The translations under genes were made by a program, and so were the position numbers. Below are positions 10,825 to 20,401 of a stretch of 64,000 bases of DNA, piece by piece; within the stretch, counting starts at the first letter, position 1; every line of letters starts with the position of its first letter. The notes beneath the pieces were generated by a model. That model did no database searches. It saw only the letters and a list, made by a program, of their open reading frames with translations, and was not told where the DNA came from. This DNA comes from an uncultured bacterium (GTDB lineage: Bacteria; Verrucomicrobiota; Verrucomicrobiia; Verrucomicrobiales; V1-33). The stretch spans positions 5,876 through 69,875 of the forward strand of contig CAJBME010000343.1 of assembly GCA_903954065.1 (NCBI GenBank). Direction: 5' to 3'.

Positions 10825-11670
10825 ATGGCTGATTCATCTGTTTCTTCATCGACCTGGCGCGATGCCGCGCTTGTCATCCTGGGGCATGGTTCCACGCAAA
10901 ATCCTGATTCGTCGACCCCGACGTGGCAACATGCGGACGAGTTGCGACGCCGGGGGCTTTTCCGCGAGGTGCAGTGCGCATTCTGGAAAGAGGAGCCTGG
11001 CTTCCGCGAAGTGATGCACATGATTGACTCGGACCACGTTTTTGTGGTCCCGAATTTTATCAGCGAAGGGTATTTTACGCGGGATGTGCTGCCCCGGGAG
11101 TTGGAATTGCAGGGGCCTGTCACTCATGCGGGTGGTCGCACCATCCGTTATTGTGACCCGGTGGGCATTCATCCTTCCATGACCCGGCTGCTGCTCAAAC
11201 GCGCGGCGGAAATTGCCCCAGGCGTCCCGCCTTCCGAGATTTCCCTCGTCATCGTGGGCCATGGCACCAGCTTGAACGAAAACTCCACCGCAGCCATCAA
11301 GTCGCAAGTTGAACTGATCCGCGCCAGCGGTGCTGGATTTGGAGAAGTCGTTGATGCTTATATGGAAGAAGAACCTCTTGTCGCGCGCTGGGACGAACTC
11401 ACGACCGCCCCAAATGTGGTTGTGGTGCCGTTTTTTATTGCCGACGGCCTGCACAGTTACGAGGACATTCCCGTCCTGCTCGGCCTCACGGAAAACAGTC
11501 CGGGAGCGATCAGCGCCAATCAAGGCGAGGTCTTTCGGCGCAACCCCTACGCCTTGCGCGGCCGCCAACTGTTCTATTCCGCCGCCATCGGAACCGACGA
11601 ATTGATGGCCGATGTCATCATGGACCAAGTCGCGGCCGCTCCACAAGAATCAACCTCCCCCGCCGCCTAA
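10825..11670 (+). CDS. CbiX/SirB-family type II chelatase-like protein
   Basis: Two GHG motifs (GHGSTQNP, GHGTSLNE), FWKEEP, PFFIADGLH. Confidence 0.8.
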   Translation: MADSSVSSSTWRDAALVILGHGSTQNPDSSTPTWQHADELRRRGLFREVQCAFWKEEPGFREVMHMIDSDHVFVVPNFISEGYFTRDVLPRELELQGPVTHAGGRTIRYCDPVGIHPSMTRLLLKRAAEIAPGVPPSEISLVIVGHGTSLNENSTAAIKSQVELIRASGAGFGEVVDAYMEEEPLVARWDELTTAPNVVVVPFFIADGLHSYEDIPVLLGLTENSPGAISANQGEVFRRNPYALRGRQLFYSAAIGTDELMADVIMDQVAAAPQESTSPAA

Positions 11671-11675
11671 TCCCC

Positions 11676-12329
11676 ATGACTCTTCACACCAAATCACTGA
11701 CCGAAGAACTGGCCGACTGGCTCGCCCAAGGCGGACGCCGCATCGGCGAAATCGTCATCCTGCCGTCCGCAGAAGGATGGGAGGTCCGGCACGTCGACGA
11801 TGCCGAATCCCCCGCCACCAGCTTGACGGCTCACAAAACCCCAGAAGCCGCCCGCGAAATCTCCAAATACGACGCCGCCGGTCAATACCGCCCGCTCAAA
11901 GGAGCCCCCAATCTCGTCCACGGATGGCGCCTCATCCTCGACACCACCGCCTCCCTTCGCGACGCTCTGGATTTCTTTTACCCCGCCGCCCTCGGCAACT
12001 GGGTCGCCTTCACCCAAGGTCGAGCCACCCCCTCCCCCATCCGCGAAACCTTCGCGCGCCAGACCGGCATGTACCGGATTACCGGCCTGCTCGATGAAGA
12101 CGATTGCCGCGCCGTCGTCGCCGACAACTGCGCCTACGCCACCAATTGCCGACGCCGCATCGCTTGGCCCGTCGCCGCCGGCGTGCCCTTCGACAACCTG
12201 CCACCAGAAAAAACCAACCTCGAGCCAGCCCCCGACGAAATGCCGGTCCTCTGCCTGCACGCCTGCAGCTTGCTGGTCGCCTCCGCCCGCACCTACATCA
12301 AAAAGAAACGAGCCGCCGCCGGCCAGTAA
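11676..12329 (+). CDS. DR2241-family protein with probable 4Fe-4S Cys cluster
   Basis: YRPLKGAPNL..GW, NC..ATNCRRRIAW and CLHACS motifs; follows the CbiX-like gene. Confidence 0.65.
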   Translation: MTLHTKSLTEELADWLAQGGRRIGEIVILPSAEGWEVRHVDDAESPATSLTAHKTPEAAREISKYDAAGQYRPLKGAPNLVHGWRLILDTTASLRDALDFFYPAALGNWVAFTQGRATPSPIRETFARQTGMYRITGLLDEDDCRAVVADNCAYATNCRRRIAWPVAAGVPFDNLPPEKTNLEPAPDEMPVLCLHACSLLVASARTYIKKKRAAAGQ

Positions 12330-12592
12330 TCTTCCTGACCCCCTCTATCGCGTGTGGAGCTACCAGCTCGATAGAGACTCAAGAAACAGCAACGAGATCA
12401 TCCACTCAGGATAAGCAGCGCGGTGAGTCAGATCAAGAGACTGCCGATTTCGACATGCTTTACAGGTGGCAAAACCTGTCACGACAGGAATATGCCAAAG
12501 CGGCAAGCCTTCTGTTTGCAAAAGGGGAAGCAAACCCTCAAAATGCCAAATTCGCCCATCCAGCCATGGGCTCTCTCCGCGGCCCTATACCC

Positions 12593-14851
12593 ATGAATCA
12601 GATTCCGAGGCCCCATACTGCTTATACCACGGCTGAAATCAGGGCACTTACCAGAAATCTCTTGAGAGGGTGCCGGTGCATTTTTACGGCAGCAACACTG
12701 CTCACCGTTGCTGTCGAATCCAAAGGGGCTGGTGCGGCTGGAGCATCTGGCCCAGAGGACTGGCCCTATAGCAGACCGGTGGATGCCCCGCCACCGGAGG
12801 TGAAATCGGCAGACCGGGTGGTCAATCCCCTCGACGCCTTTGTTTTACAAAAGCTGGAGGCGACCGGGTTGACACTCGCGCCGGAAGCTGATCGACGCAC
12901 TCTCGTACGTCGACTTTACTTTGACCTCATCGGCCTGCCTCCGACGCCGGAGCAGGTGGAGGCATTCGTGAACAATACGGCCCAAAATGCCTATGGGGAG
13001 CTGGTCGACTCCCTGCTCGCCGATCCGCGCTACGGCGAGCGCTGGGCGAAGTTCTGGCTCGATCTCGCCCGGTATGCGGACACAGCCGGCTACGAGGGCG
13101 ATCCAGACCTCCCTCACGCCTGGCGCTACCGCGACTACGTCATCGATTCATTAAATCGCGACAAACCCTACGACGAGTTCATCAGAGAGCAGATCGCCGG
13201 GGACGAGTTCGAGGAAATCATGGGGGCAGGTGAACTGCCATCAGCAAAGCCCGAGCAGGCCGTCGCGCTCACCTTTTTGCGTCTGGCACCATTCACCGAG
13301 CCGCGAGGCGATGAGACTCGACACGAAATGCTCAGTGAGATGACTTCGACGGTCAGCTCCGTCTTCCTCGGCCTGACCGTGGGATGCGCGAAGTGTCACG
13401 ACCACAAGTATGACAAGATCCCGATGAAGGATTTTTATCGGATGCAGGCGTTCTTCAATACCGTGCAAATCGCCCCTCCGGAGCGCGGGGACATATTCCA
13501 GATCGGAGGTCCGATGCCAGCTGATTTTTACCGAGAAGGCGAGAAGGAGTGGGCCGAAAACAAGCGCCAAGAACTCCATGGAATTCAGGGGCAGCTCGAC
13601 ACCCTGCGGGCTGATTTTGGAAAGCGCGCGGGCAGCGCCCTTCCGGACGAAAAGCAGCTGCCGGACGCGAAGCAACGCGCCGACCAGCTGGACGATTGGA
13701 TCAGCAATCCTGCCAACGAGGCCATCACGGCGGCGGAACGAAAGCCATTCCTTGAACTGAAAGAGAAGCTTCCATTTGTGAAGCAGCATCTCAAGAGGCT
13801 GCAACCCGTGGCGATGACGCTTCGCCACTCGTTCGGACCTCCTTACGAGCCAGGCGTGCCAGTGACCCGTGTCATGCTGCGCGGCGAATATGACAAGCCG
13901 GGCGATCCAGTGGAAGCCGGGTTCCTCAGCTGTATCACCGGGAACTCCGAGCCTGCCAAAATCCGACTCGATCCATTTAAACGCTGGCCGACACGAAGCC
14001 GGCGCATGACTCTGGCCCAGTGGATCGCCAGTCCGGAAAATCCTCTGACCGCCCGCGTCATGGTCAACCGACTGTGGGCCCAGCACTTCGGCCGCGGCAT
14101 CGTCCCCACCCTCAGCGATTTTGGCAAACTCAGCGGCGGGCCATCGCACCCGGAATTGCTCGACTGGCTCGCTCACCGTTTTGTCGAGAACAATTGGAGC
14201 CTCAAGGCGATGCACCGACTGATGGTCAGCTCCGGCACCTATCGGCAGTCCTCCGTGGCCGCCAGCGACCGGGCCGCGCGCGCGGATCCTGACAACTCCC
14301 TGCTCTCCCGCTCCAAGCGTCGCCGGATCGAGGCCGAAGCTGTGCGGGATGCCGTGCTGGCCGTCAGCGGTCGTCTCAATCCGGAGGTTTTCGGTCTCCC
14401 GATCTTCCCTCCCCTGCCTGAAGACATCGCGCAGCGGGTAAAGTATGACCAGAGCAAGTGGGCGACCGACAACGGCCCCGAAGGGCGCAAGCGCAGCCTC
14501 TACATCTACCAGCAACGCACTCTGACCATGCCCTTCATGCAGTCGTTCGACGGGCTCGTGTGCGAGGATTCCGTGCCGGAGCGGAGGTTGTCCGTGACAC
14601 CACTCCAGGCGCTCGAGATGTACACTGGCGATCTTGTGAATGAAGAGGTCAAACATTTCGCGGCCCGCATCATCAAGGACGCGGGTGACGACCCACAACG
14701 GCGAATCGAACGCGCGTTCGCCATCGCCTTCGGCCGCGCTCCAACCACCGCAGAAATCACGGAACTGAGGGACGAGGCCGCCAGTGAGGAGAAACTCACC
14801 GGTCTCTGCCGCATTCTTTTTAACGCCAGCGAATTTGTATATGTGGACTGA
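12593..14851 (+). CDS. DUF1549/DUF1553 (PSD1-type) PVC protein
   Basis: RRLYFDLIGLPPT, GERWAKFWLDLARYADT, CAKCHDHKYD, NPLTARVMVNRLW, HPELLDWLA; start uncertain. Confidence 0.9.
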   Translation: MNQIPRPHTAYTTAEIRALTRNLLRGCRCIFTAATLLTVAVESKGAGAAGASGPEDWPYSRPVDAPPPEVKSADRVVNPLDAFVLQKLEATGLTLAPEADRRTLVRRLYFDLIGLPPTPEQVEAFVNNTAQNAYGELVDSLLADPRYGERWAKFWLDLARYADTAGYEGDPDLPHAWRYRDYVIDSLNRDKPYDEFIREQIAGDEFEEIMGAGELPSAKPEQAVALTFLRLAPFTEPRGDETRHEMLSEMTSTVSSVFLGLTVGCAKCHDHKYDKIPMKDFYRMQAFFNTVQIAPPERGDIFQIGGPMPADFYREGEKEWAENKRQELHGIQGQLDTLRADFGKRAGSALPDEKQLPDAKQRADQLDDWISNPANEAITAAERKPFLELKEKLPFVKQHLKRLQPVAMTLRHSFGPPYEPGVPVTRVMLRGEYDKPGDPVEAGFLSCITGNSEPAKIRLDPFKRWPTRSRRMTLAQWIASPENPLTARVMVNRLWAQHFGRGIVPTLSDFGKLSGGPSHPELLDWLAHRFVENNWSLKAMHRLMVSSGTYRQSSVAASDRAARADPDNSLLSRSKRRRIEAEAVRDAVLAVSGRLNPEVFGLPIFPPLPEDIAQRVKYDQSKWATDNGPEGRKRSLYIYQQRTLTMPFMQSFDGLVCEDSVPERRLSVTPLQALEMYTGDLVNEEVKHFAARIIKDAGDDPQRRIERAFAIAFGRAPTTAEITELRDEAASEEKLTGLCRILFNASEFVYVD

Positions 14852-16316
14852 TCCCTCCATTCACCACCCCTTCCAGAGCCGACGGGATTTCCTCCACCGG
14901 ACATGGAATGGCATTGGCGCACTCGGGCTCGGCGGGCTGCTGGCCGATGACTTGCGCGGAAATGATCTGCTGGCTGAGGTTCCACCGGTGCCGGGCGACC
15001 CCCTTCGGGAGCGGTTCCAGATGCATGGTCGCAAAGCAAAACACTGCATCTTCCTCTTCATGCAGGGGGGCGTTTCGCAGATGGATTCGTTCGAATACAA
15101 ACCGCGTCTGCGCGATCTCCACGGCCAACGCATGCCGGACACCGGCGTCTCCGGCGAGTTGCAGGGACGACTGACGTTCCCTCACGAATGCGTAGGCAGC
15201 CCGTTTGAGTTCGCGCAACACGGCCAGAGTGGCCGCTGGATGTCCTCGCTGTTTCCCCATCTAGCGAAAAAAGTAGACGATCTCGCCTTCATTCATGGCA
15301 TCAAGACGGACAACCAAAATCACGGCCCGTCCACCTACCATGTGACCACCGGCAGCCAGTTTCCCGGGCATCCCTCCGTCGGCTCATGGATTCAGTACGG
15401 CCTCGGCACCGCCAACCAGAACATGCCCGGCTACATGGTCATTCAAGACCCTCGCGGGGCGCCCGTCAACGGAGCGGCCGTCTGGGCGAATGGCTACCTG
15501 CCCGCCGCCTATCAGGGAACTTTACTGCGTGACAAAGGCGTGCCCATTCTCAACTTGTCCCGCCCGCATTCGCTGACCGAAGCCGAACAGCGCCGAGAGT
15601 TCGACAAAATCAAACGCCTCAACGAACTCCACCTCGCCACACGCCCGGGAGCGTCGGAACTCGAGGCCCGCATCAGCGCCTACGAACTCGCCTTCCGCAT
15701 GCAGACCGCCGCCCCCGCCATTGTCGATATCTCCGGTGAGCCGGAGTCCATCCAGAAACTGTATGGTCTCGACAACGACAAAATCGCTGGTTTCGGCCGC
15801 CAGTGCCTCCTCGCCCGTCGCCTCGTGGAGCAAGGTGTTCGATACACAATGGTTATTAACGGTGTCCAGATTGGAGGCGACAGCTGGGACCACCACGGCA
15901 AGGTCCAAGACGGCATGATCAAGAAGTCAGCCGAAGTCGATCAGCCCGTCGCCGCGCTCATCGAGGACCTCAAACAACGCGGCCTACTCGAGGAAACTCT
16001 CGTCGTCTGGGCCTCGGAAATGGGACGCACCCCCTTCGTGAACGGGTCAGCCGGCGGCACTCCGGGACGTGAACACAATTCCTACGCCCTCTGCATGTGG
16101 ATGGCCGGCGGAAACGTCAGAGGCGGTGCCACCGCGGGTCAGACCGACGACTACAGCCTGCGCTCACTCGGCGAGCCCATCCACGTCCGCGATGTCCACG
16201 CCACCATCCTCGACCTCATGGGACTGAATGATGAAAAACTAAACTATCTCCACGCTGGCCGCATTCGGAGGCTGACCGATATCGGCGGTCACGTCATTTC
16301 AGAGATCATAAGTTAA
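14841..16316 (+). CDS. DUF1501 family protein
   Basis: Tat-like RRDFL, FLFMQGGVSQMDSFEYKP, WDHH, SEMGRTP; overlaps the upstream stop. Confidence 0.92.
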   Translation: MWTDPSIHHPFQSRRDFLHRTWNGIGALGLGGLLADDLRGNDLLAEVPPVPGDPLRERFQMHGRKAKHCIFLFMQGGVSQMDSFEYKPRLRDLHGQRMPDTGVSGELQGRLTFPHECVGSPFEFAQHGQSGRWMSSLFPHLAKKVDDLAFIHGIKTDNQNHGPSTYHVTTGSQFPGHPSVGSWIQYGLGTANQNMPGYMVIQDPRGAPVNGAAVWANGYLPAAYQGTLLRDKGVPILNLSRPHSLTEAEQRREFDKIKRLNELHLATRPGASELEARISAYELAFRMQTAAPAIVDISGEPESIQKLYGLDNDKIAGFGRQCLLARRLVEQGVRYTMVINGVQIGGDSWDHHGKVQDGMIKKSAEVDQPVAALIEDLKQRGLLEETLVVWASEMGRTPFVNGSAGGTPGREHNSYALCMWMAGGNVRGGATAGQTDDYSLRSLGEPIHVRDVHATILDLMGLNDEKLNYLHAGRIRRLTDIGGHVISEIIS

Positions 16317-16433
16317 CACCGCACGACCATGCCCCACACCCGATAGGCCCTGACACGCCCTACATAGGCGTCGCCGCTTCAGCTCAAACCGCTTCCGGCG
16401 AACTTTCCACAACATCTTACTCACCCGATTGAC

Positions 16434-16613
16434 ATGCCAGGTTTTACACTCCGCAATCCACTCCTCCTCGTCGTCTGGAGCATCGGGTTTTCTGTGCCAA
16501 GGCTCACGGCAGAAGAGCCGGCCGATTTCTTCGAAAACAAGGTACGGCCACTGCTGGTGGAGCATTGCTAAAGCTGCCATTCGGCAGAAACGGAGGCCAA
16601 GGGAAAGCTCAAG
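16434..16613 (+). pseudogene. Remnant of a planctomycete cytochrome c (PSCyt1-type) protein
   Basis: Signal peptide + DFFENKVRPLLVEHC*SCH; TAA at 16569-16571 inside CxxCH; similarity lost after KGKLK. Confidence 0.75.
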
Positions 16614-16733
16614 GAGCTGGCGGGCAAATGCAGGCCTGGGCCGACCGTGTCGGTGTGCAGCCCTTGCCGCTCAATCGTCGCCCTCATTAAAACTTATCAA
16701 CACATCCTTCGAGCACTCCACCACAGTCGCCTC

Positions 16734-18623
16734 ATGATCATGAGAACCACCCCAAACACCCTGTTTTGCCTTTTGGCCATATTCGCTACAGCGTTCGCTG
16801 CGAAGTCCGCCCCGGAAGGCGACCTCAAACCATTCCTCGGCGAGGCACGATTTGAGCAGCAGCAAGTCTTTGCCGGCAATCGTTTTCCCAACGTGGTCGT
16901 CGCCAAGGATGGCTCGGTGCTGGCGGTCTGGAACGGTGTGACGGCGCGGCGCAGCGAGGATGGTGGCGCGACCTGGGGGCCTGAAATCGTGATCGGCCCG
17001 GGTTTCATGGGCGGTGGCGTGACTGTGAACGAAGCCAACGGCGACATCTTCGCGTTTGTGAGCGAGGGCCATCCGCCGAGCACCGAGACAGTCTATCGCA
17101 GCCAGGATCATGGCCAGTCGTGGTCGGTCATGGACGCGGTGATCAAGCCGGACAGCAAAGGCAACAAGCCCGAGATGCACATGAACGATCACGGCATCAC
17201 CCTGATGCGCGGCGCCCACAAAGGCCGAATGATTCGACCCTCCCGCTTTTACGGCAAGGCCAACGCCGGAAGTGAGTGGCCCCACCATTACACAAACGCC
17301 ATCTACAGCGATGACGGCGGCAAGACCTGGCTCACCAGCGAACCCTTTCCCGCCAACGGCACCGGCGAAGCCGCGATTGCCGAGCTGTCGGACGGGCGAA
17401 TCTACTACAACTCACGCCGGCACTGGGTCCCCGAGGGTGAGGACAATTCCACCCGCTGGACCGCCATGAGCGACGACGGCGGGGTCACCTGGAAGGATCT
17501 GACCATGTGCAAGGATCTGCCCGATGGTCCGCGCGATACTGGCTATGGCCTGATGGGTGGGCTCGGGAGATTGCCGGTCAAGGACAAGGACATTCTCATC
17601 TTTAGCAACGTCGAGAGCCACGCAGACCGTCGCAATGGCACGGTCTGGGCCAGCTTCGACGGCGGCAAGTCCTGGCCGCTGAAGCGCCTCGTTACCGAAG
17701 GCGCCTTTGCCTACTCATCCCTCGAGGTGGGCCGTCCAGGCACGAAGAGTGAAGGCTGGATTTACCTGTTCTCCGAGGGTGCCGGCGGGGAAATGTGGCG
17801 GTTCAACCTGAGCTGGCTCCTCGCCGGAACCCTCACTGGTAACGGAGAAGTACCAAAGTGGGTTGGGGAAATTCCTGCTGCCAGGCCAACTGCTCAAGCG
17901 GAGCCCGCTGCGGACGCCAGACATGAGTCGCTGGTTCCCGCTCCCCGCCTTGAAAAGTGGTGGTTTGCTCTCCACGCGGAAAAGATCGGGGATATGGCGG
18001 AGAAGGATATCGACCTGCTGATGATCGGGGACTCCATCACCCACGGGTTCGACTCCGTGGGTGCCAAGTACTGGAAGGAAGTCTTTGAGCCGAAAAAAGC
18101 CATCAACCTCGGGTTCGGCGGCGACCGCACCCAGCATGTCCTCTGGCGTCTGGAGCATTTGCCCAAACCCAAAAAGGACCCGAAAGGCGCCGTCCTCCTC
18201 ATCGGCACCAATAACATCGGCTGGGGCAGTGATACTCCGAAACAGGCCGCCGATGGAATCCAGACCATCGTGCACAAACTGCAGCAGCTCTATCCCACGA
18301 CCAAAATTCTCGTCCTGGCCGTCTTTCCCAGAAGAGCCGAGCCCGACCACAGGTTCCGCAAACAAATCAACGAGATCAACTCCCTGCTCCCCGACCTGCT
18401 CAAGGACCTGAAAAACGTCAGCCTGCTGGACATCGGTTCAAAGTTTCTCGATGAAAAGGGCGTCCTGTCGAAAGAGATCGCGCCGGACTCAACCCATCTG
18501 AGCGAAAAAGGTTTCGAAATCTGGACCAGGGCACTCGAACCGGAACTGAAGAAACTGCTGGGGGAAGATGGAGCCGGAAAACTGGGGCGAGATCACGTTC
18601 GCACAATAGTTCTTGGTTCCTAG
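16734..18623 (+). CDS. Secreted sialidase-like (GH33-type, BNR repeats) fused to an SGNH/GDSL esterase
   Basis: Five Asp-boxes (SEDGGATW, SQDHGQSW, SDDGGKTW, SDDGGVTW, SFDGGKSW), AYSSL; GDSITHG, GFGGDRTQH, GTNN, DSTH. Confidence 0.85.
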   Translation: MIMRTTPNTLFCLLAIFATAFAAKSAPEGDLKPFLGEARFEQQQVFAGNRFPNVVVAKDGSVLAVWNGVTARRSEDGGATWGPEIVIGPGFMGGGVTVNEANGDIFAFVSEGHPPSTETVYRSQDHGQSWSVMDAVIKPDSKGNKPEMHMNDHGITLMRGAHKGRMIRPSRFYGKANAGSEWPHHYTNAIYSDDGGKTWLTSEPFPANGTGEAAIAELSDGRIYYNSRRHWVPEGEDNSTRWTAMSDDGGVTWKDLTMCKDLPDGPRDTGYGLMGGLGRLPVKDKDILIFSNVESHADRRNGTVWASFDGGKSWPLKRLVTEGAFAYSSLEVGRPGTKSEGWIYLFSEGAGGEMWRFNLSWLLAGTLTGNGEVPKWVGEIPAARPTAQAEPAADARHESLVPAPRLEKWWFALHAEKIGDMAEKDIDLLMIGDSITHGFDSVGAKYWKEVFEPKKAINLGFGGDRTQHVLWRLEHLPKPKKDPKGAVLLIGTNNIGWGSDTPKQAADGIQTIVHKLQQLYPTTKILVLAVFPRRAEPDHRFRKQINEINSLLPDLLKDLKNVSLLDIGSKFLDEKGVLSKEIAPDSTHLSEKGFEIWTRALEPELKKLLGEDGAGKLGRDHVRTIVLGS

Positions 18624-18693
18624 TTCTCGCGCGGCTAATTGGGAACGAAGAACCAAGAACCAAGATTCTCGTTCAATCACACGCGCAGCGACG

Positions 18694-18850
18694 ATGTCCC
18701 AACTTCGAAATATCCCCCATCCTGCTGCTCGCATCCCTGGCACCCGTCGCCCGCTCAGGAGAGCAGAGTCCGCTCAAAGACAAGACCCTCGTCGTTTGGG
18801 TCGCGCCAGCGAATCTGACGCAACACGGAGGCGGTGCGCTGACCATTGAG
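18694..18850 (+). pseudogene. N-terminal remnant of a secreted LamG/GH32-type protein
   Basis: Frameshifted signal peptide, then LKDKTLVVWVAPANLTQHGGGALTIE, then unrelated sequence. Confidence 0.5.
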
Positions 18851-18887
18851 AGACCGCGACAGAGAGGCCACAGCGCCTCCCCGCCGG

Positions 18888-20327
18888 TTAGGCGATCAGA
18901 TCATCCACAATACTAGCCCCTTCGAGTCCGGTCAGGCGGAAATCGAGCCCAGCATAATTATAGGTGAACTGCTCGTGGTCGAACCCGAGTAATTTGAGAA
19001 TCGTGGCGTGCAAGTCATGCGGGTGCACCGGTTTCTCGACCGCTTTGAAGCCGAACTCGTCGGTGGCACCATGAATATATCCTTTGCGCACTCCGCCGCC
19101 CGCCATCCACATGGTGAACCCATAATGGTTGTGATCGCGGCCGTTGATTTTACCGGCATTTGACCCTGGAGTTGGCAGTTCCACGGTCGGAGTCCGGCCG
19201 AATTCACCGCCCCACAGGACCAGTGTTTCCTCGAGCAGGCCTCGTTGTTTCAAGTCGGTCAGCAGCGCTCCGATCCCTTGATCACAGTCCTGAGCCAGCT
19301 TGCGATGATTCACCTCGAGGTCATCGTGATTGTCCCATGGCTGACCGGCTCCGGTCCACACCTGCACGTAGCGCACGCCCCGCTCGACCAGCCGACGCGC
19401 GATGAGCAGCTGCCGGGCCTGCGTGCCCTCTCCATACATCTGGCGGATCGCCTCGGGCTCGCGCATGATATCAAAAGCATCCGTGGCCTCCATCTGCATC
19501 CGGTACGCCAACTCAAAACTCTGCACCCTCGCCTCCAGCTGCGCATCATGCTGACGGCGCTCCGAATGACGGCGGTTCATCTCCTGCAACAAATCAATCT
19601 GCCTCCGCTGCGCGACCCGGCTTTGGTTTTTATTCGTGATATTCTCAATCAGCTTCTCCACCGCCACATGCTGAGTATCAATATATGTCCCCTGAAATAC
19701 CCCAGGTAAAAACCCACTCTGCCAGTTTTGTGACTCCTGAATCGGATACCCGCCGGGACACATCGCAATGAACCCGGGTAAATTTTGGTTTTCCGAGCCG
19801 AGTCCATACGTAATCCACGACCCAACGCTCGGGCGCACGAGCCGTGACTCCCCACAATTCATCATGAGCAGTGAGGGCTCATGATTGGGCACATCGGCGT
19901 GCATCGAGCGGATGACCGTCATTTCATCCACGTGCCGGGCCACGTGCGGAAAGATATCACTGACTTCGATGCCGCTCTGACCGTGGGGGGCGAAGGTATA
20001 GGGTGATTTCCACGCTCCTCCGGTCGGCCGCTCGGTACCGAGGTGACTCGGGATTTTCTGGCCATGCCACCGGGTCAGCGCCGGTTTCGGGTCAAAGGTA
20101 TCGACATGCGACGGCCCGCCATTGGCGAAGATGTGGATGACCCGTTTGGCTTTGGGCGCAAATTGCGGCTGGCGCGGCGAGAGAGGATTCAGGTTTTCCG
20201 CTCCAAGAGCTTCTTGCATCAGGCTGCCAAATCCCAGCGCCCCCATGCCCAGCGTGCATTTGGTGAGAAAGTCGCGACGGGTCAAAAAGTGCGAGCGCGG
20301 ATCAACCGGATGATGGCTCTTGGTCAT
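18888..20327 (-). CDS. DUF1501 family protein
   Basis: RRDFL, GGPSHVDTFDPKP, WDNH, GGEFGRTP, GRDHNHYGF. Confidence 0.93.
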   Translation of the reverse strand: MTKSHHPVDPRSHFLTRRDFLTKCTLGMGALGFGSLMQEALGAENLNPLSPRQPQFAPKAKRVIHIFANGGPSHVDTFDPKPALTRWHGQKIPSHLGTERPTGGAWKSPYTFAPHGQSGIEVSDIFPHVARHVDEMTVIRSMHADVPNHEPSLLMMNCGESRLVRPSVGSWITYGLGSENQNLPGFIAMCPGGYPIQESQNWQSGFLPGVFQGTYIDTQHVAVEKLIENITNKNQSRVAQRRQIDLLQEMNRRHSERRQHDAQLEARVQSFELAYRMQMEATDAFDIMREPEAIRQMYGEGTQARQLLIARRLVERGVRYVQVWTGAGQPWDNHDDLEVNHRKLAQDCDQGIGALLTDLKQRGLLEETLVLWGGEFGRTPTVELPTPGSNAGKINGRDHNHYGFTMWMAGGGVRKGYIHGATDEFGFKAVEKPVHPHDLHATILKLLGFDHEQFTYNYAGLDFRLTGLEGASIVDDLIA

Positions 20328-20401
20328 GGGTTAAGCTTTCGATGATCCAGAAAATTGCAACCCTAGAGCAGGGGCGGGTGGGCCCTTGGAGGTGGACCGG
20401 C

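Noticed and set aside
12104-12592. Long N-terminal extension of the DUF1549/DUF1553 ORF
   Set aside because: It overlaps the DR2241-like gene in another frame and reads as low-complexity Arg/Pro; a later start is more plausible
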